Below are positions 50,948 to 61,149 of a stretch of DNA of 64,000 nt, one piece after another. The translations under genes and the position numbers were made by a program. Within the stretch, counting starts at the first letter, position 1. Every line of letters starts with the position of its first letter. This DNA comes from Candidatus Saccharimonadales bacterium (GTDB lineage Bacteria; Patescibacteriota; Saccharimonadia; Saccharimonadales; EFPC-124): NCBI GenBank assembly GCA_035280845.1, contig DATEFB010000025.1, positions 740 through 64,739 on the forward strand, given 5' to 3'. The notes under the pieces were generated by a model. That model saw nothing but the letters and a program-made list of their open reading frames with translations, was not told where the DNA came from and ran no database searches.

Positions 50948-53820
50948 GACGAGCAATTATAACAACCAGCTGGGATGACGGCCATAAGCTCGATATGCGG
51001 CTGGTTGCGTTACTGCGCAAATACAACATCAAGGCCACGATTTACGTGTCGCCGAATGACCGTGAGTTCCCAAAGAAAGATATGCTGACAGACGCTCAAA
51101 TTAAAGCTATCAGCAATGATTTCGAGATTGGCGCCCACACCATGACACATCCGCGCCTCACAGAAGTGGACGACGAGCGTGCCCTAAAAGAAATGGTCGA
51201 CTCCAAGGACTACTTGGAGCGCGTCACTAAAAAACCAGTCACAACGTTTTGCTACCCAGGCGGCAATTATTTTAAGAAGCATGTCGAAATGGCGCGCCGG
51301 GCTGGCTTTGCCTATGCCCGCACCGTAAAACGCCATTTTTATAATCTTCGGGGCTCTTTGCAGGAATCCCACACTACCGTAAATGCGTACGACCACTACC
51401 AGGATTTATGGAAGATTTTTAAGTTTGCTGGCTACAACCCGTTTAAAGTCCCTTATTATTTTAGGTGGCAAAATCTGGCCATGGCCATGTTCGATAAGGT
51501 GCAGAAAGACGGCGGTATCTTCCATCTGTGGGGTCATTCGTGGGAAATAGATAAGCATGGTGACTGGGAGAAACTCGAAGAAGTTCTTGCCCACATTTCT
51601 GGGCACGACAACGTAACGTATGCAACGAACGGCGAACTTCCGGCACTTGCTAAGCCAAGCGTGCTTATTGCAACGCCGTACTATCCACCATTGGTTGGCG
51701 GGGTAGAGCATTACGCGCACCACATGGCTCGCGGCGCGCACGATGACGGCTATGACGTGACGGTTGTTACCTCGACAAATGAAAAAACGATGAGTATGCG
51801 AGACGAAGACGGCGTTCGCGTGTACAGACTGCCCACACAATTTACCCTTATGAACACGCCAATCGGCCTGGCCTGGTATTCGCAAATCAAGCAGATTATC
51901 CGCCGTGAAGACCCTGACGTTATAAACGCCCACGGCCCTGTGCCGTTTTTGCCAGATATCGCAATTGCGGCAGCACGCGGCCGCCGTCGCATTGTCACGT
52001 ACCATTCCGGCACTATGCGCAAAGGCTGGCCAGTTGTCGACTGGATGATCGGACTATACGAGAATGTGTGGCTGCCAAGTATGCTGGTGCGGGCTGACCG
52101 TATTTTATGCAGCTCCGACTTTGTGCGCGACGGGTTTTTAAAGCACTACAAAACCAAGTCCGAGACCGTAACGCCGGGTGTAGACACGACTGTTTTTACC
52201 AAGCGCGCTTCCGCTCCGCATGGCAAGCGAGTACTTTTCGTAGGTAACTTTCGAAACGGCATTAAAGGGCTTCAGTTTTTACAGCAGGCCGTAGAAATGC
52301 TTCCAGGTGTCGAGCTGCACGTGGTTGGCGAGGGCGAGCGTACGCCATCTGAACGCACTGTGTACCACGGTGCATTACGCGGGCAGGAGCTGGTAGACCA
52401 ATACCACGCAGCCGATGTAATGGTCTTGCCCAGTATTGGTTCAACCGAGAGCTTTGGCATGGTTCTTATTGAAGCCATGGCTTGCGGTGTGCCGGTTATT
52501 GGCAGTGATGTTGGCGGTATACCCACTGTTATCTCGGATGGCATCGACGGCCTGATCGTACCGCCTTCGAATGCCGAAGCCTTGGCGGCTGCAATTCAAA
52601 ACCTGCTTGAAAATACCGAAAAAGCAGACCAATTAGCTGACCAGGCATACCACAAAGTCCAGCGCAAATTTACGTGGGAGAAAAGCGTGCGTAAATACCT
52701 GAGCGCGCTGAACCGGGTACGCGCGCATGCCCCAACAATTGTGCATGTTGCCGGGTATTACCCTCCTCACCTTGGCGGCATGGAAAAGGTCGCGCAGTCG
52801 GTTGCCGAGGGTATTGCTGACCGCGACTACTCGGTGCGCGTACTAACGTCTGACTTTCCGCACGACACGTCCACGCCAGCAAACCAGAACCTGACCGTTA
52901 AGCGTCATCACGGATTTGAGTTCGCCCACACACCGTTTGCCTACGGTTTTATTGGCTCGTTGTTTGGCGTGCCAAAAAACAGTGTCGTGCACCTTCACCT
53001 TGCGCAGGCATTTTATCCTGAATGGGTATGGCTGGTATGTAAGGTTCGCCGGATACCGTATATTGTGCACTTCCATTTAGATTTGCAGCCGTCTGGGCCA
53101 CTTGGCCGGATTTTTGTAGTGTATAAGGCGACAATTCTTAAAATGGTCATCCGCAGCGCCAATAAAGTAACTGTGTTCTCTAAGGAGCAAAAAAAGTTCA
53201 TCCAGGATACTTACCAGTTACCCTCGCGTGATATTGTGATTATCCCCAACGGTGTTGGCGAAGAGTACTTTGCAAAGCCGCGCACCTACAAGAGCGGTGC
53301 GCGTACACTGCTTTTTGTTGGTCGGCTTGCCCCTCAAAAACGCGTTGACCGGATTATCGGCGCGATGGCTCAGCTAAAAACGGATGCTCGGTTGGTTATT
53401 GTCGGCGATGGCGAAGACCGCGCAAAACTTGAGCAGCAGGTGCAGGACCTGAAACTTGGCAACGTGGAATTTGTTGGCCAGAAGAATGCCGCCGAGACGC
53501 GCGACTATTACGCCCAGGCAGACGTATTGGTGCAGCCATCTGACCGCGAAGGCATGTCACTTGTAACGCTCGAAGCCATGGCTAGCGCGCTGCCAATTGT
53601 GGCGTCTCATGCCGAAGGGCTGGCCGAACTGCTAAAAGGTGTTGGCGTGTTGGTTAAGAAGCCTTCGCCCGCAACCTTTGCCAAGGCGCTGAACGACGTG
53701 CTTCCTAAACCGGCCGAGCTCGCTAAGCTTTCGCGCCAAAGTGTCGAAGCCGCAAAACCCTATGCCTGGCCTACGGTAACTGATATGTTTGAAGAGCTGT
53801 ACAAGGAAGTAAAACCGTGA
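50944..53820 (+). CDS. Triple-fusion enzyme: NodB-type polysaccharide deacetylase plus two GT4 glycosyltransferase modules (958 aa)
   Basis: Deacetylase motifs TTSWDDGH and GAHTMTHP. GT4 module 1: ATPYYPPLVGGVEHY...LPSIGSTESFGMVLIEAMACGVPVI. GT4 module 2: VAGYYPPHLGGMEKV...QPSDREGMSLVTLEAMASALPIV. Confidence 0.85.
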   Translation: MRRAIITTSWDDGHKLDMRLVALLRKYNIKATIYVSPNDREFPKKDMLTDAQIKAISNDFEIGAHTMTHPRLTEVDDERALKEMVDSKDYLERVTKKPVTTFCYPGGNYFKKHVEMARRAGFAYARTVKRHFYNLRGSLQESHTTVNAYDHYQDLWKIFKFAGYNPFKVPYYFRWQNLAMAMFDKVQKDGGIFHLWGHSWEIDKHGDWEKLEEVLAHISGHDNVTYATNGELPALAKPSVLIATPYYPPLVGGVEHYAHHMARGAHDDGYDVTVVTSTNEKTMSMRDEDGVRVYRLPTQFTLMNTPIGLAWYSQIKQIIRREDPDVINAHGPVPFLPDIAIAAARGRRRIVTYHSGTMRKGWPVVDWMIGLYENVWLPSMLVRADRILCSSDFVRDGFLKHYKTKSETVTPGVDTTVFTKRASAPHGKRVLFVGNFRNGIKGLQFLQQAVEMLPGVELHVVGEGERTPSERTVYHGALRGQELVDQYHAADVMVLPSIGSTESFGMVLIEAMACGVPVIGSDVGGIPTVISDGIDGLIVPPSNAEALAAAIQNLLENTEKADQLADQAYHKVQRKFTWEKSVRKYLSALNRVRAHAPTIVHVAGYYPPHLGGMEKVAQSVAEGIADRDYSVRVLTSDFPHDTSTPANQNLTVKRHHGFEFAHTPFAYGFIGSLFGVPKNSVVHLHLAQAFYPEWVWLVCKVRRIPYIVHFHLDLQPSGPLGRIFVVYKATILKMVIRSANKVTVFSKEQKKFIQDTYQLPSRDIVIIPNGVGEEYFAKPRTYKSGARTLLFVGRLAPQKRVDRIIGAMAQLKTDARLVIVGDGEDRAKLEQQVQDLKLGNVEFVGQKNAAETRDYYAQADVLVQPSDREGMSLVTLEAMASALPIVASHAEGLAELLKGVGVLVKKPSPATFAKALNDVLPKPAELAKLSRQSVEAAKPYAWPTVTDMFEELYKEVKP

Positions 53821-56216
53821 AGATAACTATTAACCGGCTTGCTTTGGGCGTAGCCGCATGGGGCGCTGTATTCGCAGGCCTTAGCATCACAAAGACCAAT
53901 CCGCTTGGCCTGATGACACTGGTTGGTTTTTCATTCCTACTTTTTGTACCGGGTTACCTGACCGTTTTGCTGCTTCGCATTGGCCAGGTGCATGTGCTTG
54001 CCAAAGTGCTATTTGCAGTCGGCTTTAGCCTTATTGAGCTTATGATGGTACCGGCACTTGGCAACCTGATACTCCCCTATCTTGGCATTGCGCGGCCGCT
54101 TGATTACCCGGTGCTCATGGCCGAGGTGGGCCTGCTTGTGTTTGTGCAACTTGGGCTTTTGGCCTTCAGAACAAGCAAGCATAGTCGGCAAGTTGTCGAT
54201 AACGTGCTGCGCCGACGTTGGATTATCCCCGACAAATTAAATGCCGCCTTTGCCCTGTTGCCTGTCACATTTGTCGTTGGCGCAGTGGGCGGGGCTATGA
54301 TCCAGAACAACGATGGTGGTAATTACATTACGCTTATTATGCTTCTTTGTATGGCGACATACCTGGCTTTCATGTTCTATTTCCTGAAGCGCCTGAACGA
54401 GTCAACGCTGCTTATTAGCCTGACGCTTATGGGCCTGGCCTTGCTGCTTATGACCTCGTTGCGAGGCTGGTATACAACCGGGCACGATGTGCAGCGTGAA
54501 TACCATGTCATGCTGTTAACGCAGACTGCAGGGCTGTGGAGCATGGAGCATTTGCGCGACGCCTATAATGCCTGCCTAAGCATTACAATTTTGCCAACTG
54601 TCTTTAGCAACCTGCTCCAAATGGGCGGCGAATATGTATATAAAACACTCTTCCAGGTGATCTTTGCTCTCACGCCTGCAATTGTTTTTCTGATTGCCAG
54701 CCGTTTTACCACCAAGCTTGTTGCAACGCTGGCAGCAGTGTTCTTTATAAGCTTCCCGACATTTTTTGGCGACATGCCAATGCTCAACCGTCAGGAAATT
54801 GCCTTTGTGTTCATTGGACTGGCACTTTTGGCATTGTTCGACAAAACACTTGCCCTGCGCCACAAAAAGATCATCTTTTACTGCATGAGCCTTGCGGTCA
54901 TTGTGTCACACTATTCTACCAACTACACTCTTATCGGTATTCTATGCCTATTCCTGGCTGCGCAATTTGTGCTGCGGTTTATGGCTAAGCGGCTGACATG
55001 GAAGAAGCTGGCCAAGCTCAGGAACGCGCTCAATCTTGACATCTGGCTCAAAAAAGAAAAAGGCGTCGTTACTATTACGACCGTCGTTGTGTTAGTTGCC
55101 GCCAGCTTTTTGTGGAGCGTGCAGTTAACCCGTACTGCGGGTGATAGCCTTGGGCGCGTTGGCACCGAGACGGTTCACAACATTGTGCTGGCACTTAAGA
55201 ATGACAATGCGCAGAAACGCGATGAAGACCAGTATAGCTACGTTGAACTTAAAAAACTTACGCCTCAAGAGAAGGTCGAAAAGTACTTTGAGCAGAACGT
55301 GCTCTATAGCCGTCAAAAGCACGACCCCGCACTGTTTTACAATGAAAACCTCTACAATGTTTACGATTACAAAGTGGTAAAAGAGCCCGAAGTTGCCTTA
55401 ACGCCGCTGGGCGCCATGCTTGCGAGCGCCGGTGTGCCCGTAGAGACGGTTGCCGAGGGCTTGCGCCAGGGTAACGCGGACTTGCGTGCCAGTCTGGCTC
55501 GGTTCATGCAGCTTACGATTATTGTGGGTGTGCTGGTTATCTTCTTTGCCAAGCGGTATCGCGACTCAATGACAAACGAATACCGACTGCTGCAATTCGC
55601 TTCTATTTTCATGCTGGTGGCAATGATTGCGCTGCCAGTACTTTCTGCTGCATATGGTTTGAGCCGCGCGTTCCAACAGGTACTTATGCTGGCCGCCGTG
55701 CCAATGGTACTGGGCTTTTTGGCGGTTTTTCCAAAAGCACTGCAAAAGCTTGGTGAGCGTATTATTATTGTCATCGCACTGGTGTTCTTTGTATCGCTTT
55801 CCGGCATTCCTACGGCATTGTTTGGCGGCTACACGCCTCAGTTGCACTTGTTCAATGGTGGCAAGTACTACGACCTGTACTACACGCACCAACAAGAAGT
55901 CACGGCTACCAAATGGCTGGCTGGACTTATTGGCCCGCAAAAAGAAGGTGAACAGCTGCAGATTGACCAGGTGTTCATTGACCGCTACACCGATTTTAAG
56001 GTGCCAAACATTGGCGAGCTGAATACGTTAGACGACGTGTATCCTGGCTTGATCCGTAAAGATTCGTATGTCTTTTTGGGCTACACAGCAGCCACAAAGC
56101 ATCAGGTCACTATTTTTTACAATGGCGACACAATTACCTACGAATACCCTGTAGAATTTTTAGATAACAACAAAAACCTGATATACAGTAACGGTGGTTC
56201 AAAGGTGTATAAATAA
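53817..56216 (+). CDS. Large polytopic membrane protein (DUF2206-like / GT-C-like polymerase or glycosyltransferase candidate)
   Basis: More than 15 hydrophobic segments plus a C-terminal soluble domain. Its position in a glycan locus and the 4-nt overlaps with neighbours support the call. Confidence 0.6.
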   Translation: MKITINRLALGVAAWGAVFAGLSITKTNPLGLMTLVGFSFLLFVPGYLTVLLLRIGQVHVLAKVLFAVGFSLIELMMVPALGNLILPYLGIARPLDYPVLMAEVGLLVFVQLGLLAFRTSKHSRQVVDNVLRRRWIIPDKLNAAFALLPVTFVVGAVGGAMIQNNDGGNYITLIMLLCMATYLAFMFYFLKRLNESTLLISLTLMGLALLLMTSLRGWYTTGHDVQREYHVMLLTQTAGLWSMEHLRDAYNACLSITILPTVFSNLLQMGGEYVYKTLFQVIFALTPAIVFLIASRFTTKLVATLAAVFFISFPTFFGDMPMLNRQEIAFVFIGLALLALFDKTLALRHKKIIFYCMSLAVIVSHYSTNYTLIGILCLFLAAQFVLRFMAKRLTWKKLAKLRNALNLDIWLKKEKGVVTITTVVVLVAASFLWSVQLTRTAGDSLGRVGTETVHNIVLALKNDNAQKRDEDQYSYVELKKLTPQEKVEKYFEQNVLYSRQKHDPALFYNENLYNVYDYKVVKEPEVALTPLGAMLASAGVPVETVAEGLRQGNADLRASLARFMQLTIIVGVLVIFFAKRYRDSMTNEYRLLQFASIFMLVAMIALPVLSAAYGLSRAFQQVLMLAAVPMVLGFLAVFPKALQKLGERIIIVIALVFFVSLSGIPTALFGGYTPQLHLFNGGKYYDLYYTHQQEVTATKWLAGLIGPQKEGEQLQIDQVFIDRYTDFKVPNIGELNTLDDVYPGLIRKDSYVFLGYTAATKHQVTIFYNGDTITYEYPVEFLDNNKNLIYSNGGSKVYK

Positions 56217-57376
56217 TGAAAATCCTTCATGTCATTAGCATGGGATACATATGTGGCGGTGCCGAAAAAAGCGTCATAATGTTGCGCGATGGCTTGCTCG
56301 ACCGTGGCCACGAAGTAAAAATTATGAGCAGCGATCGTGATGCCGATGTTCCCCATTTTAGCGACTATGAATGCCGCCATATTTCCGGCCCGCTTGGCCT
56401 GATTCGCCATTTATGGAGCGGCAGTGCTTACCGCACACTTAAGCGCGCTATCCGCGAATTTAAGCCCGATGTCGTGCATTTTCATACTATGGGCGAGCTT
56501 TCGCCATCGGTGCTGTTTGCGCTTGGCGGCACTCCTGCCCTTTTAACTGTGCACGGTCCCGAAGAATACACCGAAACGATGCTGGAATGGTACCTGCCAC
56601 CCACAGCCTTTAATGGCGATGTCAGCCGCAAAAACCTAACGCCTATTGGCAGGCTGCACTTCACGTTTTTTAAGTACGTGCAGCGCCCGCTGTATAAGCT
56701 TGGCTTTGGGCGGTTACGGCTTATGGTGTCTCCTAGTAAGTATTTAGCCCAAAAACTTGCACTGGAGGGCTTTGACGTCCCTGTAGGGCATGTATACAAT
56801 GGCATTGCCTTGCCCAACGAGCAGCCGTTGCCTGCCGAGCCCAACCTTTTGTACGTTGGCCGTCTGGAACACGTAAAAGGCGTGGATGTGCTGCTGCGGG
56901 CATTGCCCGGCATAGTTACCGCTGTGCCTGGTGCGCACCTGCGCATCGTTGGCGATGGGCCAGAACGCGCGCGGCTGGAGCAGTTGGCCGAAGAGCTGGG
57001 CGTAACCAATGCCGTGACGTTCTGCGGCTGGCTTAAGGGCGATGCTGTGCTTGCGGAATATGCCAAGGCAAAGCTGCACATCATTCCATCGGTCTGGCCC
57101 GAGAACCTGCCGACCGTTGCCATTGAAGCGCTAGCTGTGGGCCGCCCAATCGTGGGCAGCCGTGTCGGGGGTATCCCCGAGCTCATTGAAGATGGCGTCA
57201 CGGGAGAAATCGTCACTCCTGGCGACCACCAGGAACTGGCAACGGCCATAACCGGCCTACTCACCGATAAACAGCTGGCAGCAAAAGCAACAGCTGCCAG
57301 GGTGAGCGCCGATCGTTTTGCCCTTTCTACCTTTATTACGAATATCGAAAAAATATACGGAGACCTGCAAGCGTGA
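56216..57376 (+). CDS. Family 4 (GT-B) glycosyltransferase
   Basis: E-x7-E region IPSVWPENLPTVAIEALAVGRPIV and a GT4-type N-terminal domain. Confidence 0.85.
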   Translation: MKILHVISMGYICGGAEKSVIMLRDGLLDRGHEVKIMSSDRDADVPHFSDYECRHISGPLGLIRHLWSGSAYRTLKRAIREFKPDVVHFHTMGELSPSVLFALGGTPALLTVHGPEEYTETMLEWYLPPTAFNGDVSRKNLTPIGRLHFTFFKYVQRPLYKLGFGRLRLMVSPSKYLAQKLALEGFDVPVGHVYNGIALPNEQPLPAEPNLLYVGRLEHVKGVDVLLRALPGIVTAVPGAHLRIVGDGPERARLEQLAEELGVTNAVTFCGWLKGDAVLAEYAKAKLHIIPSVWPENLPTVAIEALAVGRPIVGSRVGGIPELIEDGVTGEIVTPGDHQELATAITGLLTDKQLAAKATAARVSADRFALSTFITNIEKIYGDLQA

Positions 57377-58668
57377 AATTACTTGTTGTAAATGCCTATG
57401 TCCGCGAAAATGGTGGCGATGCCGCCCTGTTAAGCGTGCTCTTAAGCCAACTTAAGCGAGCCTATCCTCAGGCGGAATTGTCGATTGCTGGCATGGAGGG
57501 GCCGGCGGACAGGCCGGAGTTCGAGGGCGTTCCAAATATCGGTTCAATCCGCCATTACACTAGTATTGAATCGCTGAGCCTGCCTCATCGCATTATGCGT
57601 AAGGTGCTGAGCCTATTTGTTGGTGAAGCCTGGTTTGTTGGACCAAAAGGCCTGTGGTTTGCTTTGCAGCCATTACTTCCCCGGGAAATCCGCGCCGAAG
57701 TTGCTGCTATTCGCGAAGCCGACGCAGTTGTTGCGTTGGGCGGCGGGTATTTGAATGGCAAGAACAACGCTGGTGGCGACTTGAATGTGTACTATTTGCT
57801 ACTGCCTGCCCGCCTGGCAGAACGTTTGGGCAAGCCTGTGGTGTTTGCGCCTCAGTCATATGGGCCGTTTGGTAACGCCAAGCAGGAGCGCTGGGCGCGG
57901 AACGTGCTCAACAAAACAGACTTTATTATGGTCCGCGAGCAGACAAGCATGGAAATCCTGGCTAAACTGGGCGTTAAGGCAGAGCTGCTGCACAAAACTG
58001 TGGACTCCGGTTTTGCGTTCACGGTTCCGCCCCAGCCAGACGTGTTGGCGCAGTATGGCGTGAAGACAGGCGAGAAAGTGGTGGGTATGACCGCTCGCAA
58101 CTGGTTGGCTCCAGAGGCGCAGGCGGCGTACGAGAAGGCTCTTGCCCAAACAATCGATTATATTTACAAAAAATATAGCATGCGCGTGCTTTTAATTCCC
58201 CAGGTGACTTCGGCGTTTCAGGCCGATGACGACCGCATTGTAGAAAAGCGGATTGCAGGTTACTGCGACCCCGAGAGTAACCCAATTGTTGTGGACGAAA
58301 TGGTAGACCACAAAACGCTCAAAGCCATGTACGGCTCGCTGGATTACCTTATTGGCACCCGCTTCCATTCGGTTATCTTTGGGCTGACCAGCTGGGTCCC
58401 CGCCATTGCTATTGAGTACGAACACAAGACAGGCGGCATTATGCATGACCTTGGCCTCGATGAATGGGTGTTAAAAATCGCCAGCGTAAATGCCGACGAT
58501 TTAAACGCGCTGATCGATAAGCTTGTTGCTGGCCGCGAAGGCTACTTGCAACATCTGCAAGACAGGCTTCCTACGTACATTGAACAGGCCAACGAAGCCC
58601 CAAGCCTTATTAAACGAGTGCTTGAGAATCGCGGCGTAGCTTCCAACCAAGAAAACCAAGCGCAGTAG
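57373..58668 (+). CDS. Polysaccharide pyruvyl transferase family protein
   Basis: LGGGYLNG and IGTRFHSVIFGL motifs typical of the CsaB/WcaK-type family. Confidence 0.75.
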   Translation: MKLLVVNAYVRENGGDAALLSVLLSQLKRAYPQAELSIAGMEGPADRPEFEGVPNIGSIRHYTSIESLSLPHRIMRKVLSLFVGEAWFVGPKGLWFALQPLLPREIRAEVAAIREADAVVALGGGYLNGKNNAGGDLNVYYLLLPARLAERLGKPVVFAPQSYGPFGNAKQERWARNVLNKTDFIMVREQTSMEILAKLGVKAELLHKTVDSGFAFTVPPQPDVLAQYGVKTGEKVVGMTARNWLAPEAQAAYEKALAQTIDYIYKKYSMRVLLIPQVTSAFQADDDRIVEKRIAGYCDPESNPIVVDEMVDHKTLKAMYGSLDYLIGTRFHSVIFGLTSWVPAIAIEYEHKTGGIMHDLGLDEWVLKIASVNADDLNALIDKLVAGREGYLQHLQDRLPTYIEQANEAPSLIKRVLENRGVASNQENQAQ

Positions 58669-59872
58669 CGCTGGCCAAAATGTGGCCAACCAGCCACGCG
58701 TACCCGATCCATACAAGGCCGTTGCCTGCCCATAACTCTGCAAAACCGCCGATAGAAACCATGTACACAACGTTTACGATAATAATTGCCCAGGTCTGTT
58801 TTGTGATGCGCAGCAAGACGTTTGCAATGGTGTATACGGCCACAAGCGGACCGGCAAGCGCGAAGATTTGCAGAAGCGGTGCTGCTTCTACGGCATAACT
58901 CCCGCCATACACGCTCAGCAGTAGCGTAGCGCCAAAGTAAATTGCCGCTGCACCAGGAATCATGATTGCGGCAATAACGACGCTGCCTCGTTTCATAAGT
59001 TCACGGAGGCCGCGGTCGGCATATGAGCCCTCTGCAAATAGTGATTGGGACACGGCATACACAACTGTGTAGAGGAGGTTTGCAACCATAAAGCCCAGGT
59101 AATAGTACCCGGCATTGGCTGGTCCAAGGTGGTTAATAATAACCAATGGCAAAATAAGAGTCGGTGCAATGTTAAGCAAGTTGGCGACATAATTTGCCAG
59201 CGAGTACTTTACGACGCCGTTCAATGTTGATTTGTCGAGGTTAAGCCGTGGGCGGTATTCGAAGTTTTTAATCAGGAAGAACAGGCTCAGCACGAGTGCG
59301 CTAACCGCAGCTGCGCCCGATGCTGCAAACAAACCATACGCGCCAAGGCCGACAAAAGCAAACGGCAACGCCAGCTTTACTAGGCTCATGACAATGCCAT
59401 CTATGAACAGGTTGTATTTTGCGGCCCGGAACGCAATAAAGATACTGTCAGTCAGCAGGTTGACCGACGCCATGGCAGTCATGGCAATAAAGCCGATTGC
59501 GTATAGCGGGTTGTCGTGCACCAGACTTAGCGCTGGAGCGATTGTTGGCACCAACAGAATGTATGCTGTGGCTGCCGCAATTGCCGCACCAGTTCCTAGA
59601 ATAAGCCCGGTGTTCATTTCGGAACTACGGTTTTTACTGGTTGGCAGCATACGAATAAATGTACTGTTGAATCCAAGCAGGCCAATGTAGCTAATAAGGT
59701 TCATGGCCGAAATAAGCGTGGTTGCAATGCCAATGTCGGCTGGGCTGAACATACGCGCGGCAATAAACCAAAAAACAAACCCCAAAACAGCCATAATGCC
59801 TGTTGAGAGCATGAGGTAAAACGAGTTGCGAACAAGTGAGTCGCTATGAAGTTGCCTGATTTTTTCTTTCAC
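58610..59872 (-). CDS. Polysaccharide flippase (Wzx-like, MOP superfamily)
   Basis: About 12-14 TM helices with the typical N-terminal NSFYLMLSTGIMAVLGFVFW pattern. Convergent 59-nt overlap with the pyruvyl transferase gene. Confidence 0.75.
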   Translation of the reverse strand: MKEKIRQLHSDSLVRNSFYLMLSTGIMAVLGFVFWFIAARMFSPADIGIATTLISAMNLISYIGLLGFNSTFIRMLPTSKNRSSEMNTGLILGTGAAIAAATAYILLVPTIAPALSLVHDNPLYAIGFIAMTAMASVNLLTDSIFIAFRAAKYNLFIDGIVMSLVKLALPFAFVGLGAYGLFAASGAAAVSALVLSLFFLIKNFEYRPRLNLDKSTLNGVVKYSLANYVANLLNIAPTLILPLVIINHLGPANAGYYYLGFMVANLLYTVVYAVSQSLFAEGSYADRGLRELMKRGSVVIAAIMIPGAAAIYFGATLLLSVYGGSYAVEAAPLLQIFALAGPLVAVYTIANVLLRITKQTWAIIIVNVVYMVSIGGFAELWAGNGLVWIGYAWLVGHILASATALGFLGWKLRRDSQALV

Positions 59873-59942
59873 AGATGTGGCCTACGTTCCCGGTTATTAT
59901 ACACACTTCTCATCCAAGCGGCCAACCCCTATAATAAAGGTA

Positions 59943-61148
59943 ATGTCAAAACGCCTGCCAAAAAAAGTGGGGGTGCTCGTGCACGAGATTTTCATTGTGT
60001 GCTGTGCGCTTTTTGTGGTCGGCTATATGATGGTGTCTTTTTTAATAACCACCGCCCAAACAGGCAAAGACGTCATTGCGCCTGTTGTCGTGCGCCCTCA
60101 GGTGACAACGCCAAGCCTGCCGCCGCTCCAGCCAAACAGTTTCGGCATGTCTATGGGCGATGTCTTGCGTACGCTGCCCCAAGAGGAACTCTCGGCGCAG
60201 CTAAAAGACATTAAGAGTTTGGGGTTCAACTGGGTTCGCACCGATATAGACTGGTCGGCTGTGCAGCGCCAGAACGCTACAAACTACGATTGGTCGGCAT
60301 ATGACCGTGTTGTCGAGACCGCGCATGCGAATGGCCTGGGCATTTTGGGCGTCATTGCCTATGCGCCCGCTTGGGCCCGCCTGCCCGAATGTGTAGGCAG
60401 CGACAAGTGCCGTCCTGCCAGCAACACGGCCTACGCTGCATTTGCCAAGGCAGTCGTGCAGCGCTATTCGGCTAAAGGCGTAAAAACATGGGAAATCTGG
60501 AACGAGCCTAACATTCAGGGCTTTTGGCGTCCTGCGCCTAATGCTCAGATATACACTGCCATGCTTAAGGCGGCGTATACGGCCATCAAATCGGTAGATC
60601 CAACAGCAACAGTACTCAGCGGCGGACTCTCGCCGGCCGAAGACCAGCCGCCAGGCCACATTGCGCCACGTGACTTCTTAAAAGCCATGTACGCGAATGG
60701 TGCGCAAGGTTCGTTCGATGCGTTTGCGCATCACCCTTATAGCTATCCTGCACCGCCAAACGTTACCTACTCGTGGAGCTCATGGTCGCAAATGGCGTCG
60801 CTTAGCCCCAGCTTGCGCAGCATTATGGACGCAAACGGCGATGGCAACAAACAGATTTGGATAACAGAAGTAGGTTCGCCTACAGGTGGCGCAGGCGCAA
60901 CGGCGACCCCTGCCAATTTTCGCCTGAACCTAAGCGCCACGCACGGCAGCGAGGATTTGCAGTCGGTCTTTGTTGAGCAGACTGTCGCGGCAGTTAATAG
61001 TTACCCATGGGCTGGCCCAATGTTTTGGTACAGCTATAAAGATCTTGGATCAGCTCGCGGTGACAACGAAAACTTCTTTGGTATTATCCGTTCTAACGGT
61101 ACAAAAAAGCCCGCTTATGAGACGTTTAAGCGGGTGTTGGCTAAATAG
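59943..61148 (+). CDS. Membrane-anchored clan GH-A glycoside hydrolase (GH5/GH39-like)
   Basis: TM anchor. FNWVRTDIDWS, WEIWNEPN (acid/base) and IWITEVGSP (nucleophile). The start at 59943 was chosen over the upstream extension at 59877. Confidence 0.7.
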   Translation: MSKRLPKKVGVLVHEIFIVCCALFVVGYMMVSFLITTAQTGKDVIAPVVVRPQVTTPSLPPLQPNSFGMSMGDVLRTLPQEELSAQLKDIKSLGFNWVRTDIDWSAVQRQNATNYDWSAYDRVVETAHANGLGILGVIAYAPAWARLPECVGSDKCRPASNTAYAAFAKAVVQRYSAKGVKTWEIWNEPNIQGFWRPAPNAQIYTAMLKAAYTAIKSVDPTATVLSGGLSPAEDQPPGHIAPRDFLKAMYANGAQGSFDAFAHHPYSYPAPPNVTYSWSSWSQMASLSPSLRSIMDANGDGNKQIWITEVGSPTGGAGATATPANFRLNLSATHGSEDLQSVFVEQTVAAVNSYPWAGPMFWYSYKDLGSARGDNENFFGIIRSNGTKKPAYETFKRVLAK

Positions 61149-61149
61149 C

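Noticed and set aside
49045-57264. Antisense ORFs inside the glycan locus (49045-49728 at 227 aa, 51406-52005 at 199 aa, 56482-57264 at 260 aa).
   Set aside because: They lie opposite genes with unambiguous glycosyltransferase or deacetylase motifs, and I found no motifs of their own.
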